Notes: generated by a model not told the origin, from the letters alone. Positions 28,907 through 39,814 are shown, counted from the stretch's first letter. The stretch is DNA of 64,000 nucleotides from an uncultured cyanobacterium (GCA_963740315.1 CAVUDP010000004.1:64001-128000); one strand, 5' to 3'. A program made the numbers and translations.

Positions 28907-29656
28907 ATGATTAATCCACGCGAAATATATGATTTGATGTTAGACTATGGCACGAATAATATTCAAGTAAAAGAAATTATCATCGGTTTAACTTGGACTT
29001 TATGTTTAGCAGAAGGTGCGGGTTTATGCATGAGTCCCGGTACGGCTACTCGCACGTTACCTTTTTCGGGAACTTTAGTCAATAAATCAATTTCTGAATT
29101 AGCTCCTTGGTTGCTTTCTTGGAATCCTTATCAAGCGACTGTAGCAATGGCAGCGATTAATTCTGTTATCAATTCTTCTTCACCTTTACCCGATACTGGT
29201 ACGCTTTTATCTCCCGATAGTTCTGCAAATTTAGCAGTATTCGAGCATTTTTTACCCCAAATTCGTAACAAAAATGTTTGCATAATTGGACGCTATCCGG
29301 GATTAAATAAATATTCTGAAGAAATGCAAATGAAGGTGATCGAACTCAATCCCGGCTCGGAAGATTTTCCCGCACCAGCATCAGAATTTTTACTACCCGA
29401 AGCCGAATGGGTATTTTTAACTGCTACTTCTATTGCTAACAAAACTTTCCCTCGCTTAGTTCAATTAGCAAAGAATTCTAAATTAGTTTTAATGGGACCT
29501 ACTCTTCCTTGGTTGCCAGATTTAAAACAAATGGGAATTGATTATTTAGCAGGAATTAAAGTTACTAATTTACCAGCTTTAAGAGAAACAGTTGCCGAAG
29601 GTGGTGGTGTGAGAATCTTTGAAACTGGTATTCAATACAGTGTAGTTGAATTGTGA
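28907..29656 (+). CDS. DUF364-family Rossmann-like protein
   Basis: IGLTWT, AMAAINS, EWVFLTATSIANKTFPRL, LMGPT motifs. Confidence 0.85.
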   Translation: MINPREIYDLMLDYGTNNIQVKEIIIGLTWTLCLAEGAGLCMSPGTATRTLPFSGTLVNKSISELAPWLLSWNPYQATVAMAAINSVINSSSPLPDTGTLLSPDSSANLAVFEHFLPQIRNKNVCIIGRYPGLNKYSEEMQMKVIELNPGSEDFPAPASEFLLPEAEWVFLTATSIANKTFPRLVQLAKNSKLVLMGPTLPWLPDLKQMGIDYLAGIKVTNLPALRETVAEGGGVRIFETGIQYSVVEL

Positions 29657-29676
29657 ATTAAAGATTTTAACTATTT

Positions 29677-29770
29677 TAGGACTTACGCAAAGCCCCCCAA
29701 TAATACGGGGGGTTGGGGGGATCTAAAACTCTAGGATGCTTAATAACTCGTTGCGGTTGCGTAAGTCCTA
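29677..29770. mobile_element. MITE with perfect 14-bp terminal inverted repeats
   Basis: TAGGACTTACGCAA ... TTGCGTAAGTCCTA, TA at both ends; internal CCCCCC/GGGGGG hairpin. Confidence 0.85.
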
Positions 29771-29876
29771 TATTCATTCTCTCTGCGTTCTCCCTATCTC
29801 AACATTTTTCAATCAATAGTTTTTGAGCGTAATAGAAATAGCTTATAATTTTTCATATAACGCATCTACTTGAAAT

Positions 29877-30704
29877 ATGAAAACAGACAAAATTTTTTAT
29901 AAACTTTTTGGCGAATTTCCTGATATGTTTTTTGAATTGATTGGAAAACCATCTACCATATCAAATCTATATACATTCAAAAGCCAAGAAATTAAAGAAA
30001 CCAGTTTTCGACTTGACGGTATATTTATCACACTAGATTCATCAGATAAAACTACCAAAGAACCAATTTATTTTGTAGAAGTTCAATGTTACAAAGACAA
30101 ACTCTTTTACGATAGATTCTTAACCAGCATTCTTCTTTATTTCTACCAGTATCAACCATCAAATCCAAATTGGTATGCTGTAGTTATTTTTGATACTCGT
30201 AAAAACGATGTAGATTATCCCCAGCGTCTAAATTCACTGAAAAATCCCCATTTACGCTGCTTTTATCTGGATGAGATGGAAAGCGTATCATCTGATTCAC
30301 TAGGATTGGGAATTATCAAATTAATTGTTGAAGAAAATCAAAAAGCCAAAGCATCAGTACAGCAGCTAGTTGATAAAGCAAGACTTGAAGTTAAAGATGC
30401 AGCTATCCAAAGAAAAGTTTTAGAATTGATAGAGGCTATTCTAGTTAATAAATTTCCTAATTTAAATCGGGAGGAGATAAAAGATATGTTAAGTCTGGAA
30501 TTAATTAAAGGTACGAGATATTACGAAGAGTTGAAAGAAGAAGTCAGGGGAGAAGTTAAGGAAGAAGTCAGGGGAGAAGTTAAGGAAGAAGTCAAAGTAG
30601 GAATGATAACAAAACTTCTACAGCGTGGAATGACTGTGGAAGAAATAGCTGACATTTTAGAGTTAGATGTAAAACTTGTGAGAAAAGTAGTAGAAGAAAA
30701 TTAA
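29877..30704 (+). CDS. Rpn-family (DUF2887-type) nuclease
   Basis: MKTDKIFYKLF...FFELIG...EIKETSFRLDGIF...PIYFVEVQ; C-terminal charged repeat and HTH-like tail. Confidence 0.85.
   Translation: MKTDKIFYKLFGEFPDMFFELIGKPSTISNLYTFKSQEIKETSFRLDGIFITLDSSDKTTKEPIYFVEVQCYKDKLFYDRFLTSILLYFYQYQPSNPNWYAVVIFDTRKNDVDYPQRLNSLKNPHLRCFYLDEMESVSSDSLGLGIIKLIVEENQKAKASVQQLVDKARLEVKDAAIQRKVLELIEAILVNKFPNLNREEIKDMLSLELIKGTRYYEELKEEVRGEVKEEVRGEVKEEVKVGMITKLLQRGMTVEEIADILELDVKLVRKVVEEN
30486..30704 (+). CDS. Putative in-frame internal small protein (RpnS-like, 72 aa)
   Basis: GGGAGGAG at 30469-30476, 9 nt before an in-frame ATG at 30486. Confidence 0.5.
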   Translation: MLSLELIKGTRYYEELKEEVRGEVKEEVRGEVKEEVKVGMITKLLQRGMTVEEIADILELDVKLVRKVVEEN

Positions 30705-30826
30705 ATACGGAAACCCCTGGGTAGTTTTCTATGAAAAAGAGACTTTGCAATTGCAAAGTCTTTTAATATTTAATACGAACACTTCTAAAATATCTGTTCA
30801 TTGATAATTGATAATTGATAACTGTT

Positions 30827-31270
30827 TCACAAAGGATATTTACTATGAAGCTGCTTGCATTCTTCTTTTAATATCCCCGATTTTATTTTTATAGAAGTCG
30901 GACATTTAGCAATAATTTCTTCACACCGCACCTCAATCAAATTGGGGTTGTAATCGTCTTCAAAATCCGAGGCACCCACACCATAAATTATTTCGGAAAT
31001 ACCAGCCCAAAAGCAAGTCGCCGCGCACATTGCACAAGGCTCGCAGGTAGAATACAGCGTGTATCCCGATGATAAAGAAGCGGTTTTTAAACGAGTGGTT
31101 AATTTACGTAAAACGTTAACTTCAGCGTGACAAGTTGGATCTGCATCGGATTCTACAGTGTTTCCGGCTCGTTCGACAATTTTGTTATCTTTGACGATCG
31201 CAGCTCCAAAAGGGGTTTTACTCTTCTCGGCTTCGGCGATCGCGATTTGCATTATTTCTTCATCTGTCAT
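30827..31270 (-). CDS. Zinc-dependent nucleoside deaminase
   Basis: PFGA, HAE and CEPCAMC motifs. Confidence 0.9.
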   Translation of the reverse strand: MTDEEIMQIAIAEAEKSKTPFGAAIVKDNKIVERAGNTVESDADPTCHAEVNVLRKLTTRLKTASLSSGYTLYSTCEPCAMCAATCFWAGISEIIYGVGASDFEDDYNPNLIEVRCEEIIAKCPTSIKIKSGILKEECKQLHSKYPL

Positions 31271-31437
31271 AATTAGTTGTTAGTTGTTAGCAGTTAACAA
31301 TTATCAGCTATATATAAAGCATTTATTACAAGTTTTTAATTTTATATGAAAGCAAAGCAGGATTTGGGGACAAAATTTCGTTAAATTACGACTATTGAAT
31401 CATACACCCAATTACCAATTACCAATTACTAATTATT

Positions 31438-32826
31438 ATGATAATAGACAGTTTTCGGGCTAAATTACGCAAGGAAGCGCAAATTTGGCGAGATGAGGGA
31501 TTAATACAGGATTCTCAGTACGAACTATTATCCGAAAGATATCAGTTTGATAGTTTAGATAATGTTGCTCAAGACCGCTTTATTTTTATTTTGATTGGTG
31601 TCGGCTGTATACTTGTAGGCTTAGGGGCAATTACTTTTGTCGCAGCTAATTGGCAAGCATGGTCGCGTGAAGTAAAGTTAGTTTTGTTATTAAGTCTATT
31701 CTTTGCAACAAATATTATTGGTTTTTACCTATGGAGAGAACCCGTTTTTGATAATGCGGGAAAGAAACGACGACAGCGTAAGCGAATATTCGGACATGGC
31801 TTACTACTTTTGGGTGCTTTACTTTTAGGCGCAAACATGGCGTTTATGGCGCAGACATTCCATATGAGCGGTTCCGATTATGAACTGTATTTATTCTGGG
31901 GAATCGGCGTTTTGACAATGGCTTATGGCTTGCGCTTGGCTTCTTTGGGGGTGTTTGCGTTTATTTTGATAAGCATAGGATACTTTACGGGTTCGTGGGA
32001 ATTATGGCGTTTTTCTGGTGAATTCTCTTTGTCACTACTGATGCTAGAACATATGCCAATTCTCTCATTGCTGCTGTTTGTTCCTTTAGCTTATATCTGC
32101 AAGTCGCGATGGATTTTTGCATTATCTACGATCGCTTTTGCAACTTCATTACAATTTAATGTAAATAGATATTACCTACCGACACTTAATTCTTTTGCTT
32201 TTACACTTCCAGCAGCTTTATTATGGAGTTACGACGATTTACTGTTTCCCAAAGTCGATGGAAGATGGTTTCAATCAATTGCGCGTAATTTTGCGCTGCT
32301 GTTTTTCAGCATTTTATTTTATGTGCTTTCCTTCGAGGGATATTGGCAATTTTCTAATTATTCATCTACTAATAACAAGCCGATACCCAATTTCTTTTTA
32401 CTAGATTTGGGAATTCTTACAGCTTTAGCTATATATCAATGGTTTCATCTTTTGCGTCCAAAACGCAACCGTCAGCGTCAACGAATCGATATTACCAATA
32501 TTGCGATCGCTATCTTTGTCGTAATAGCGGCTTTTGCACCAATATTGAGACAAAACATTGCTGCGATATCGGTTTTAGGGATTTTCCTTTTCAATCTACT
32601 TTTAGCTTTATTAGCTTGCGGAATGATTCGCCAAGGATTGCAATCAAATCAAAGACGCGCATTTTGGGGAGGAATGATTTTGTTAACGCTGCAAATTATC
32701 ACCCGGATGTTGGAATACGACACCGCTTTATTATTGAAATCTTTGGTTTTCGTATTATGCGGAGTTGCTGTTATTGGTGCGGGATTATGGTTTGAACGAC
32801 ATTTATCAGTGAGCAGTGAGCAGTGA
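31438..32826 (+). CDS. DUF2157-family membrane protein
   Basis: WRDEGLI...Y, GLGAITFVAANW, AQTFH; many TM segments; paired with a GDYXXLXY gene. Confidence 0.85.
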   Translation: MIIDSFRAKLRKEAQIWRDEGLIQDSQYELLSERYQFDSLDNVAQDRFIFILIGVGCILVGLGAITFVAANWQAWSREVKLVLLLSLFFATNIIGFYLWREPVFDNAGKKRRQRKRIFGHGLLLLGALLLGANMAFMAQTFHMSGSDYELYLFWGIGVLTMAYGLRLASLGVFAFILISIGYFTGSWELWRFSGEFSLSLLMLEHMPILSLLLFVPLAYICKSRWIFALSTIAFATSLQFNVNRYYLPTLNSFAFTLPAALLWSYDDLLFPKVDGRWFQSIARNFALLFFSILFYVLSFEGYWQFSNYSSTNNKPIPNFFLLDLGILTALAIYQWFHLLRPKRNRQRQRIDITNIAIAIFVVIAAFAPILRQNIAAISVLGIFLFNLLLALLACGMIRQGLQSNQRRAFWGGMILLTLQIITRMLEYDTALLLKSLVFVLCGVAVIGAGLWFERHLSVSSEQ

Positions 32827-33027
32827 GCAGTGAGCAGTAATCAGTGAACAGTAACCAGTAATCAGTAACCAGTGAACAGTAACCAGTAATCAGTAACCAG
32901 TGAACAGTAACCAGTGAACAGTAACCAGTAATCAGTAACCAGTGAACAGTAACCAGTGAACAATTCTTATTTATTTAACAACTAACAACTAACAACTAAC
33001 AACTAACAACTAACAACTAACAACTAA
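32806..33027. repeat. STRR tandem repeats
   Basis: About 20 CAGTRAN heptamers (32806-32961), then about 7 AACAACT units. Confidence 0.9.
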
Positions 33028-33030
33028 ATT

Positions 33031-33675
33031 ATGAAACTTCCAGAAGAATCCTCAGAAAAAGAACTGATTCCGTTTAAGACAAATTCACCAGTAAATAATA
33101 AACCAATTCCAATTTTACGGTTAGTAATACCTTTATTAATTCAAGCTGGGTTACTTTTAGCGATACCAGCCCAATCAATTCAAACTTACCTTACGGGTAA
33201 AACCGTGATTTTACAAACCGTACCCGTAGATCCTTACAATATATTGACAGGTTACTATCAAATCCTCAGTTACGACATTTCGACACAAAGTACTTTAGAA
33301 AAACTTCCCGACAGCAAAGACATATTGAAAGATGGGAACAGTTTGTATGTAATTCTTCAAGAAGAAAAATCAACTGATGAGAAAATTCCCAAAGCTTGGA
33401 AACCAGTGCGGTTAAGTGAAAAACTTCCCGATTCCCTTCCCGATAACCAAGTAGCGTTGAAAGGCAAATATCGCTACGGTAGGGTTACATACGGTTTAGA
33501 AAAGTATAATATCCCAGAAGACCAACGCAACAAAATTAACGATAATATATCTCAAGCTAGCCGCAGTGCAACACAAAGGCAGCCTCAACCCATTGTAGTA
33601 GAAATCAAAGTTGATTCTCAGGGTAAATCGGTACCTATAAGTATGTGGGTGAAAGAACAAAATTATCGATTTTGA
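33031..33675 (+). CDS. GDYXXLXY-domain protein
   Basis: GKTVILQTVPVDPYNILTGYYQILSYDIS and YGLEKY motifs. Confidence 0.85.
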   Translation: MKLPEESSEKELIPFKTNSPVNNKPIPILRLVIPLLIQAGLLLAIPAQSIQTYLTGKTVILQTVPVDPYNILTGYYQILSYDISTQSTLEKLPDSKDILKDGNSLYVILQEEKSTDEKIPKAWKPVRLSEKLPDSLPDNQVALKGKYRYGRVTYGLEKYNIPEDQRNKINDNISQASRSATQRQPQPIVVEIKVDSQGKSVPISMWVKEQNYRF

Positions 33676-33713
33676 CAAGCAGTTAGCAGTTAGCAGTGAA
33701 CAATGAACGGTTA

Positions 33714-33939
33714 ATATAGCAATCCTAAATGATTTGTGAGAAATTGATAAATCAACTGGCGGTTAAAACCGCTACTACACAAACGAAGTCCACCTGCGTG
33801 GACTTAATCAAACAACCCGCGCAGGCGGGTTTTGCCTGTGTAGCCGCGACTTATAGTCGCCAGGTATGAATAAAAATTTACTCGTTATTTCAATCCTACA
33901 TCTACGTGTTTTCTCACATTTAAATTCGGATTGCTATAT
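33714..33939. mobile_element. MITE-like element carrying a multi-hairpin repeat
   Basis: Imperfect 29-bp TIRs ATATAGCAATCC...TGTGAGAA / TTCTCACA...GGATTGCTATAT around the 33756-33864 repeat. Confidence 0.75.
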
Positions 33940-34038
33940 CTATTTAAATAGGTGTAACGTAGCAACGCCGGAAAAATAATTAAATCTCTAATTTCAAACT
34001 GTTAACTGCTCACTGTTCACTGTTCACTGGTAACTGAT

Positions 34039-34278
34039 TTACTCTTCGTTGCGTAATTGCCAAGCTGCACCAAAAGCCGCTCCCCCACCTGCAAGCAAGC
34101 CAGTACTCATTCCTTCTATAGTCTTAGTAATAGGGTTTTGAGTCAAACACTCGCTTGTAACTTCAGTCGCGTTCAAACACATAGTGCTTTTAGCCCAGCT
34201 AGAGGTACCACCCAGCACCACACCAGCCACGCTACAGGAAACAACTAATAATAAAAGGCGTTTATTTTTTCTATCCAT
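34039..34278 (-). CDS. Small membrane or secreted protein
   Basis: 79 aa; two glycine-rich hydrophobic segments flanking a C-x9-C loop. Confidence 0.6.
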   Translation of the reverse strand: MDRKNKRLLLLVVSCSVAGVVLGGTSSWAKSTMCLNATEVTSECLTQNPITKTIEGMSTGLLAGGGAAFGAAWQLRNEE

Positions 34279-34423
34279 AGATAGGTTTTTAAATATCTTA
34301 GGGATGATTACTTCTATCTAATGTACACAAAAGCTCACGTATTGTCAGCATGGTTTGTATAAAACTGCCAATTTTTTACTTATTCTTTCTGTATGAAACG
34401 GAAAGATGTGGCGGCTTAACTGC

Positions 34424-34535
34424 TTCCTAGTCTGGAGGCTGGGAACTAACCCCCTAAATGAGAAGCTCTGCCTCCTGAGTCTACGGGAGGCAAAGCCACT
34501 TGAAATTAATTCCTAGTTAGAGGCTGCCAGCGAGG
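34424..34535. repeat. Degenerate dispersed hairpin repeat
   Basis: TTCCTAGTCTGGAGGCTGGGAA and GCTCTGCCTCC...GGAGGCAAAGC stems. Confidence 0.5.
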
Positions 34536-34550
34536 CTATACAAAAATTTT

Positions 34551-35258
34551 TCACACAAACCGCATTTTCGATTTAGTTAAAACCATTGTGGCTGCTAATC
34601 CGATAAATATAGTCGTAGGTACCTGCGATTCGGGTACTTTTCTGCGTTTGGGTTCTTTTTTGGCATAGGTGTAAGAAACCATTACATTAGCACCAGCATA
34701 AGTTTCAAAACCAGCAACAAAATTACCCGCACCTGTGGCTGTTGAATTACCTATGGCTTCAAGGAATAAATTAAAACTGCCGTCGCCAACGAAGGGTGTA
34801 AAATCATCTTTAACGGTAAAAAATGCTGATTCTTTTTTTGTATTAGAAATATCTGTTAATGTTATGCCTGAAGCACCATCAAAGTCTAATGTTCTATCGT
34901 ATACGCTCAAGTTTTGCTCAACCGATGCAGTAGGTAAAGCTACGAGCAATAAAGAATTATCGGGCTTTTTTAAATTAATTTCTGCGGCAAGGTTTCCCGT
35001 AACAAATGCTGCTTGAGCGTCTCTATTTTCTAATTCTACAGAACCTTGAACGTTACCGCTTAATTCAAATAGAACGCTTTCTAAATCGCCCAAACTGCTA
35101 TCAAATTTTGATAAGGTTATTTGTTTTTTAAAGTTAGTTATTTCTAAATCAACCGTACTTTCATAAGTCAGCGTAGATGCTTGTGCGGCATTTATCGGCG
35201 CTAATATTGCAGCAAAAGCTGTCACCATCAATTTAGCTTTGGAAATGGATAGATGCAT
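34551..35258 (-). CDS. Secreted PEP-CTERM-type surface protein (choice-of-anchor E-like)
   Basis: Signal peptide ending AQA; KFDSSLGDLESV; C-terminal YTY...VPES, hydrophobic stretch and basic tail. Confidence 0.7.
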   Translation of the reverse strand: MHLSISKAKLMVTAFAAILAPINAAQASTLTYESTVDLEITNFKKQITLSKFDSSLGDLESVLFELSGNVQGSVELENRDAQAAFVTGNLAAEINLKKPDNSLLLVALPTASVEQNLSVYDRTLDFDGASGITLTDISNTKKESAFFTVKDDFTPFVGDGSFNLFLEAIGNSTATGAGNFVAGFETYAGANVMVSYTYAKKEPKRRKVPESQVPTTIFIGLAATMVLTKSKMRFV

Positions 35259-35510
35259 AATTATTCAACCTATATATTGTTTGCGTTTTTTATGAATGTT
35301 TATTCAACGCACCCTTTCTTTAAAAGAGATTAATGGAGTTAAAAAAAATAAGCAATATTACGTAGGCATATTCATTAAATTTTCACAAAAAAACTCCGGA
35401 TATGTCCAGTTACATATATTTTATGTAAGTAAAAACAAAATTATTTGTTCTGCTCGATCAAGTCGGTAAAAACTTTATAAATCAACAGTTAAGACTTTAT
35501 ATTGATTATT

Positions 35511-36299
35511 TTAAATATATTGTTTGAGATTCTCAGGGGCTATGGTATTTTTACTGAATTTTGGAAGTTGCCACCAAGAAATATAAGGATACTTATGATG
35601 TTCTTCATGATAGCCGAAATGATAGCAGCTAATTAATGACCACAAAAATGGACGATAAATGCTTTGAGTGCGGTGAGAAGTTTGATATCCTGCTGATGGC
35701 TCTCGATGGGGTAAATAGGTTCCGAAATAAAATAGCTGAACAGAACTAAGTAGTAATGGTATTGCCCAAAATACTAATAAGTTAATTTCTGGAATATGGA
35801 ATGTAATTCTTACAGAATGGTAAACGATTGTCATTCCCAAGAAACGCAACCAACTCCAATAACGATACATAAAATAACCGTACCAAGCAAAGAAATTTTT
35901 ATGTTTACCGTTATGATAATCAGGATCGAGTTCGCTTGCAGGATTATTATGGTGCTGATGGTGTCTTTTTAGTAGCTTTTGATAAGAGAATTGTGCATAC
36001 AAAGCTACAGTTAAATAACCAATAAAATTATTTATTTTAGAATTTTTTTCAAATACAACACCATGCATTGCATCATGAGCAGTTATAAATAGTCCCGTAT
36101 GCAAAAAGGCTTGCCATAAAATTAGAATTGGAATCAATAATATATTAGTTTCGGGAATATTGAAATTGAGTAATGTTGCTAAACTTATTGCCCATGTCGC
36201 GATCAGAAAACAAGCAATCGTTAATCCAATGTAAGCTTTGGCAGATTGAATCAATTGTCTAAGTTTGTTTGAGAAGATAGGCAAGAAGAATGAAGTCAT
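35511..36299 (-). CDS. crtW: Beta-carotene ketolase
   Basis: TGLFITAHDAMH, HHQHH..PASELDPDYH, QLFYFGTYLPHR, CYHFGYHEEHH histidine boxes. Confidence 0.9.
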   Translation of the reverse strand: MTSFFLPIFSNKLRQLIQSAKAYIGLTIACFLIATWAISLATLLNFNIPETNILLIPILILWQAFLHTGLFITAHDAMHGVVFEKNSKINNFIGYLTVALYAQFSYQKLLKRHHQHHNNPASELDPDYHNGKHKNFFAWYGYFMYRYWSWLRFLGMTIVYHSVRITFHIPEINLLVFWAIPLLLSSVQLFYFGTYLPHREPSAGYQTSHRTQSIYRPFLWSLISCYHFGYHEEHHKYPYISWWQLPKFSKNTIAPENLKQYI

Positions 36300-36393
36300 G
36301 AATGTAGATTAAATTTTAAGATTAGCTGTTATTAGTAAATAATTAATCTAACTTCAGATAAATTGGCAGCATCTTAAGTTATAAAAAATATAT

Positions 36394-36485
36394 TGTAGTG
36401 GGAGTATTTTACTTCCTTGATATATCGCGGCCAAGATGGCTGCACTACAAATAAGAAAAGACTCTGCAATTGCAAAGTCTCTACA
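36394..36485. repeat. Degenerate REPIN plus REP palindrome
   Basis: TTGTAGTG...CACTACAA (same family as 26011-26066) and AGACTCTGCAATTGCAAAGTCTCTAC; related palindrome at 30740-30761. Confidence 0.55.
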
Positions 36486-36512
36486 TTTATTCATTGATAG
36501 TTGTTAACTGAA

Positions 36513-38342
36513 TTACTCAATTATCAAATTAAAAGGTAAACGAGCATACACACCTAATGGATCGTTCATGTTTTGTAAAGTCGCTATTTCTGCTTGCAAT
36601 TTATCGAATTCAACTGTTAAGGGATGATTGGCTTTCAAGGGACTTTTGCTAGTTTTAAACATAGTTTGGGCATCTTCAGAGACTTTACCAAAAAATCTTT
36701 CGCTAAAGCTGCTGCGTTTGGGATACTCTTGCAATTCCCATTTGTCTCCTAACTTTGCTTCTGTTGCGGCGTATGCGATCGCTGCATCTAATCCGCCGAT
36801 TTCATCCACTAAACCAATGTCTTTCGCGGCTTTACCAGACCAAACTCTTCCTTGAGCAATGTCTGCTACCTTGGATTGTGGTAGGTTTCTACCTTTGGCT
36901 ACTTTATCTATAAATTTACCGTAAATTCGGTTGACGCTATTTTGGAAAATCGCCAATTCTGCCTCAGTTTGGGGACGAGTTGTGGTTCCAATATCGGCAT
37001 AACGTGCGGTTTTGACGCTATCCCAACTAATACCGTTGTCGTTGGCTAATTTTTGAAAGTTAGGTATGCTTCCGAATACGCCGATGGAACCCGTAATCGT
37101 ATTTGGTTCGGCAAAAATGCGGTTGGAATCTACAGCAATCCAATAACCACCGGATGCTGCGGTGTCACCCATCGAAACTACAACTGGTTTCACATCGCGA
37201 GTTAACCGGATTTCTCGCTGGATTATCTCGGATGCTGTAGCGCTGCCACCGGGAGAATTTATTCGTAAAACTACCGATTTGATATCTTTATCTTGACGAA
37301 TACGGTTAAAAATTTTCGCAAAGCGGTTTCCTCCAATTTCTCCGGAGTCACCATCACCGTCAACTATACTGCCTTCTGCATAAACTACGGCTATTTTATT
37401 TTCGGAGCTTCTTTTGCTTAAATTTCGTTCGGCAAGAGTAGCGTATTCGTTTAAATCAATTTGTTCAAAAGATTTTTCTTTTTTATCAGTTTTGGTTAAC
37501 TCTTTAAGTTCGGTAACTACTTCATCAAAATACGCTACCTTATCTACCAAACCATTGGTTTTGGCTTCCGATGCTTCTAAAAGTCCTTTACTATCGGCGA
37601 TCGCTTGTAGCTGTTGCGGTGTCATTTTACGACTTTTACCTACAGTACCACGCCATTCACCCCATAAATCGTCTAATAATGTTTGAATTTGCTCGCGGTT
37701 TTCCGGACTTAATTGTTTTAAAACCAGCGGCTCAACTGCGCCTTTAAACTTTCCTACCCGTACAATTTGCACGCCAACACCGAACTTTTCCAAAGCCCCA
37801 GCTAAAAACATCGGTTGCGAACTCAAACCGTTAATTTCCATTCCTCCGTAAGGATTAACTACAACGGTATCCGCCACAGAACTGAGATAGTATTCTTTTT
37901 CACCCCATCCCACGCCGTAAGCTACAACTTTTTTACCCGTATCGCGAAATTTTGTTAATGCTTTACGAATTTCCTTGAGAGTTGCAAAACCCGTGCTTCC
38001 AGTTCCCGAAGTGTCTCTGGCATCTAAGTAAACGCCAACAATTCGCTCGTCAGTGCGGGCTTGTTCCAAAGCATCCAAAACCGATCGCAGTGTCATCTGC
38101 TTTTTTAAATTGCCCGATAGCGCTTGCTGTAAAACCAAACCAGAATCGGGTTTCCCGTCGGTAATTTGGGTTGATAAATCAAACACCAACATCGAAGAAT
38201 CCTTGACTTTTGGTCCCGAATCCGTCGAAGCAGCAGCAAACAGCAGCAAGAAAAACCCCGTGCTACTCAAACCAACGAAAATAAATAATCCCAGTAAACT
38301 TCCAATTAAACTCGCAAAGGTTTGTTTGATAAAATTATTCAT
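36513..38342 (-). CDS. sppA: Signal peptide peptidase SppA, long form
   Basis: Two S49 domains: RVGKFKGAVEP, LRINSPGGS, SMGDTAASGGYW, TITGSIGVFG, QGRVWSG. Confidence 0.95.
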   Translation of the reverse strand: MNNFIKQTFASLIGSLLGLFIFVGLSSTGFFLLLFAAASTDSGPKVKDSSMLVFDLSTQITDGKPDSGLVLQQALSGNLKKQMTLRSVLDALEQARTDERIVGVYLDARDTSGTGSTGFATLKEIRKALTKFRDTGKKVVAYGVGWGEKEYYLSSVADTVVVNPYGGMEINGLSSQPMFLAGALEKFGVGVQIVRVGKFKGAVEPLVLKQLSPENREQIQTLLDDLWGEWRGTVGKSRKMTPQQLQAIADSKGLLEASEAKTNGLVDKVAYFDEVVTELKELTKTDKKEKSFEQIDLNEYATLAERNLSKRSSENKIAVVYAEGSIVDGDGDSGEIGGNRFAKIFNRIRQDKDIKSVVLRINSPGGSATASEIIQREIRLTRDVKPVVVSMGDTAASGGYWIAVDSNRIFAEPNTITGSIGVFGSIPNFQKLANDNGISWDSVKTARYADIGTTTRPQTEAELAIFQNSVNRIYGKFIDKVAKGRNLPQSKVADIAQGRVWSGKAAKDIGLVDEIGGLDAAIAYAATEAKLGDKWELQEYPKRSSFSERFFGKVSEDAQTMFKTSKSPLKANHPLTVEFDKLQAEIATLQNMNDPLGVYARLPFNLIIE

Positions 38343-38555
38343 AGTATTTCCTCTTATCCTCAGCTTTCTTAATAAGTATTTCCGCTCACCCCGATAGTTA
38401 CATTTATAGCTGCAATTTATTGCTAAAACGCAACTACAAACACAGATTTACCCTTTGCATTTCACCCAATTTTTTGTTTATCTTGTATTTCTAATGTCCC
38501 CTAAAAATATGGTTCCGAACACCGAGAAAATGCTCAATCATTGAGATATAGAATA

Positions 38556-39605
38556 TTATTGTGCTTTTTGTAAACTATCTGAATGTTTGAGTTGTTCTAG
38601 TGTAGCGTTACCAGTACAAAATAGTACGGTGCTAATTTCCGCAATCAAAACTTTTGCTAAATCGTAAAGCGTAGCCTCAGATGAGGTTGCAGCTTGTAAA
38701 AACGGCATTGCTAACCCGGCGATATCCGCACCTAACGCGATCGCTTTCGCTACATCCACACCGTGACGCAAACCCCCCGAAGCAATAAGAGGTACCGAGG
38801 GCGCGATCGCACGAATTCCCGTAATGCAGTCTGCCGTCGGTACGCCCCAATCCGCAAAGGTTCTACCCAAGCGCCGCTGTAAAATATTATCAGCACGCTC
38901 GCTTTCCACTAAAGCCCAAGAAGTACCGCCAGCACCAGCCACATCAATTGCTGTAACTCCAGCGCCAATAAGTTTTTTAGCCATTTTACCCGAAATCCCA
39001 TTCCCAACTTCCTTCACAATTACCGGCACTGGTAATTTTGTGCATAAAGTTTCAATTTTGTCCAGCACACCCCGGAAATGAGTATCCCCCTGGGGCTGAA
39101 TGCATTCTTGTAAAGGATTGAGATGCAAAATCAGCGCATCGGCTTCGAGAAGATCGACAACTCGCAGACATTCATCCAAACCGTAATCGTAATTGAGTTG
39201 AATTGCACCCAAATTAGCAAACAATAGTATATCAGGAGCATACTTGCGAACTGCAAAAGTATCAGAAACCCCTGGATTTTCTACCGCCACTCGTTGCGAA
39301 CCCACACCCATCGCCAATCTGTAATGTTGAGCAACTTTCGCCAAACGGTAATTGATAGTTTTAGCTTCTTCGGTTCCCCCAGTCATCGAAGAAATTAACA
39401 GCGGTGCATTCATAGGTTTTCCTAAAAATGTAGTGCTAATATCAATTTCATCCCGGTCAATTTCCGGTAGACAAGAATGGTCAAAATGATAGCGTTCCAA
39501 ACCATTAGTAGTTTGACGAAACTGAACATCTTCCTCTAGACAGATGCGGATGTGGTCGGCTTTACGAGATTCGGTTGCTTCTGAGTAATTTGTAGAAATC
39601 TTCAC
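38556..39605 (-). CDS. fni: Type 2 isopentenyl-diphosphate isomerase
   Basis: [44 protein letters not shown] motifs. Confidence 0.95.
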   Translation of the reverse strand: MKISTNYSEATESRKADHIRICLEEDVQFRQTTNGLERYHFDHSCLPEIDRDEIDISTTFLGKPMNAPLLISSMTGGTEEAKTINYRLAKVAQHYRLAMGVGSQRVAVENPGVSDTFAVRKYAPDILLFANLGAIQLNYDYGLDECLRVVDLLEADALILHLNPLQECIQPQGDTHFRGVLDKIETLCTKLPVPVIVKEVGNGISGKMAKKLIGAGVTAIDVAGAGGTSWALVESERADNILQRRLGRTFADWGVPTADCITGIRAIAPSVPLIASGGLRHGVDVAKAIALGADIAGLAMPFLQAATSSEATLYDLAKVLIAEISTVLFCTGNATLEQLKHSDSLQKAQ

Positions 39606-39814
39606 GGTGGAGACTGGAATTAATGTTAACTGCTATTTTCTCAGTCTCTAGTATTTTGGGATTTTTTGGAGTCAAATAGGAACTTTTGATTACTTTATTA
39701 ACAATTCGGGTTTGTGGTAGGGGAAGAGGGGGGAGAAAAAACAATAGTTTTTAGGATACACCTATCAAAATTAATGAAATGCGCTAATAGTAGTCCAAAT
39801 CATTAATTCTGATA

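Noticed and set aside
35395..35400. TCCGGA (DIF1 heterocyst promoter motif) upstream of the PEP-CTERM gene
   Set aside because: No fitting -10 element at the expected distance on either strand; one hexamer is not evidence.
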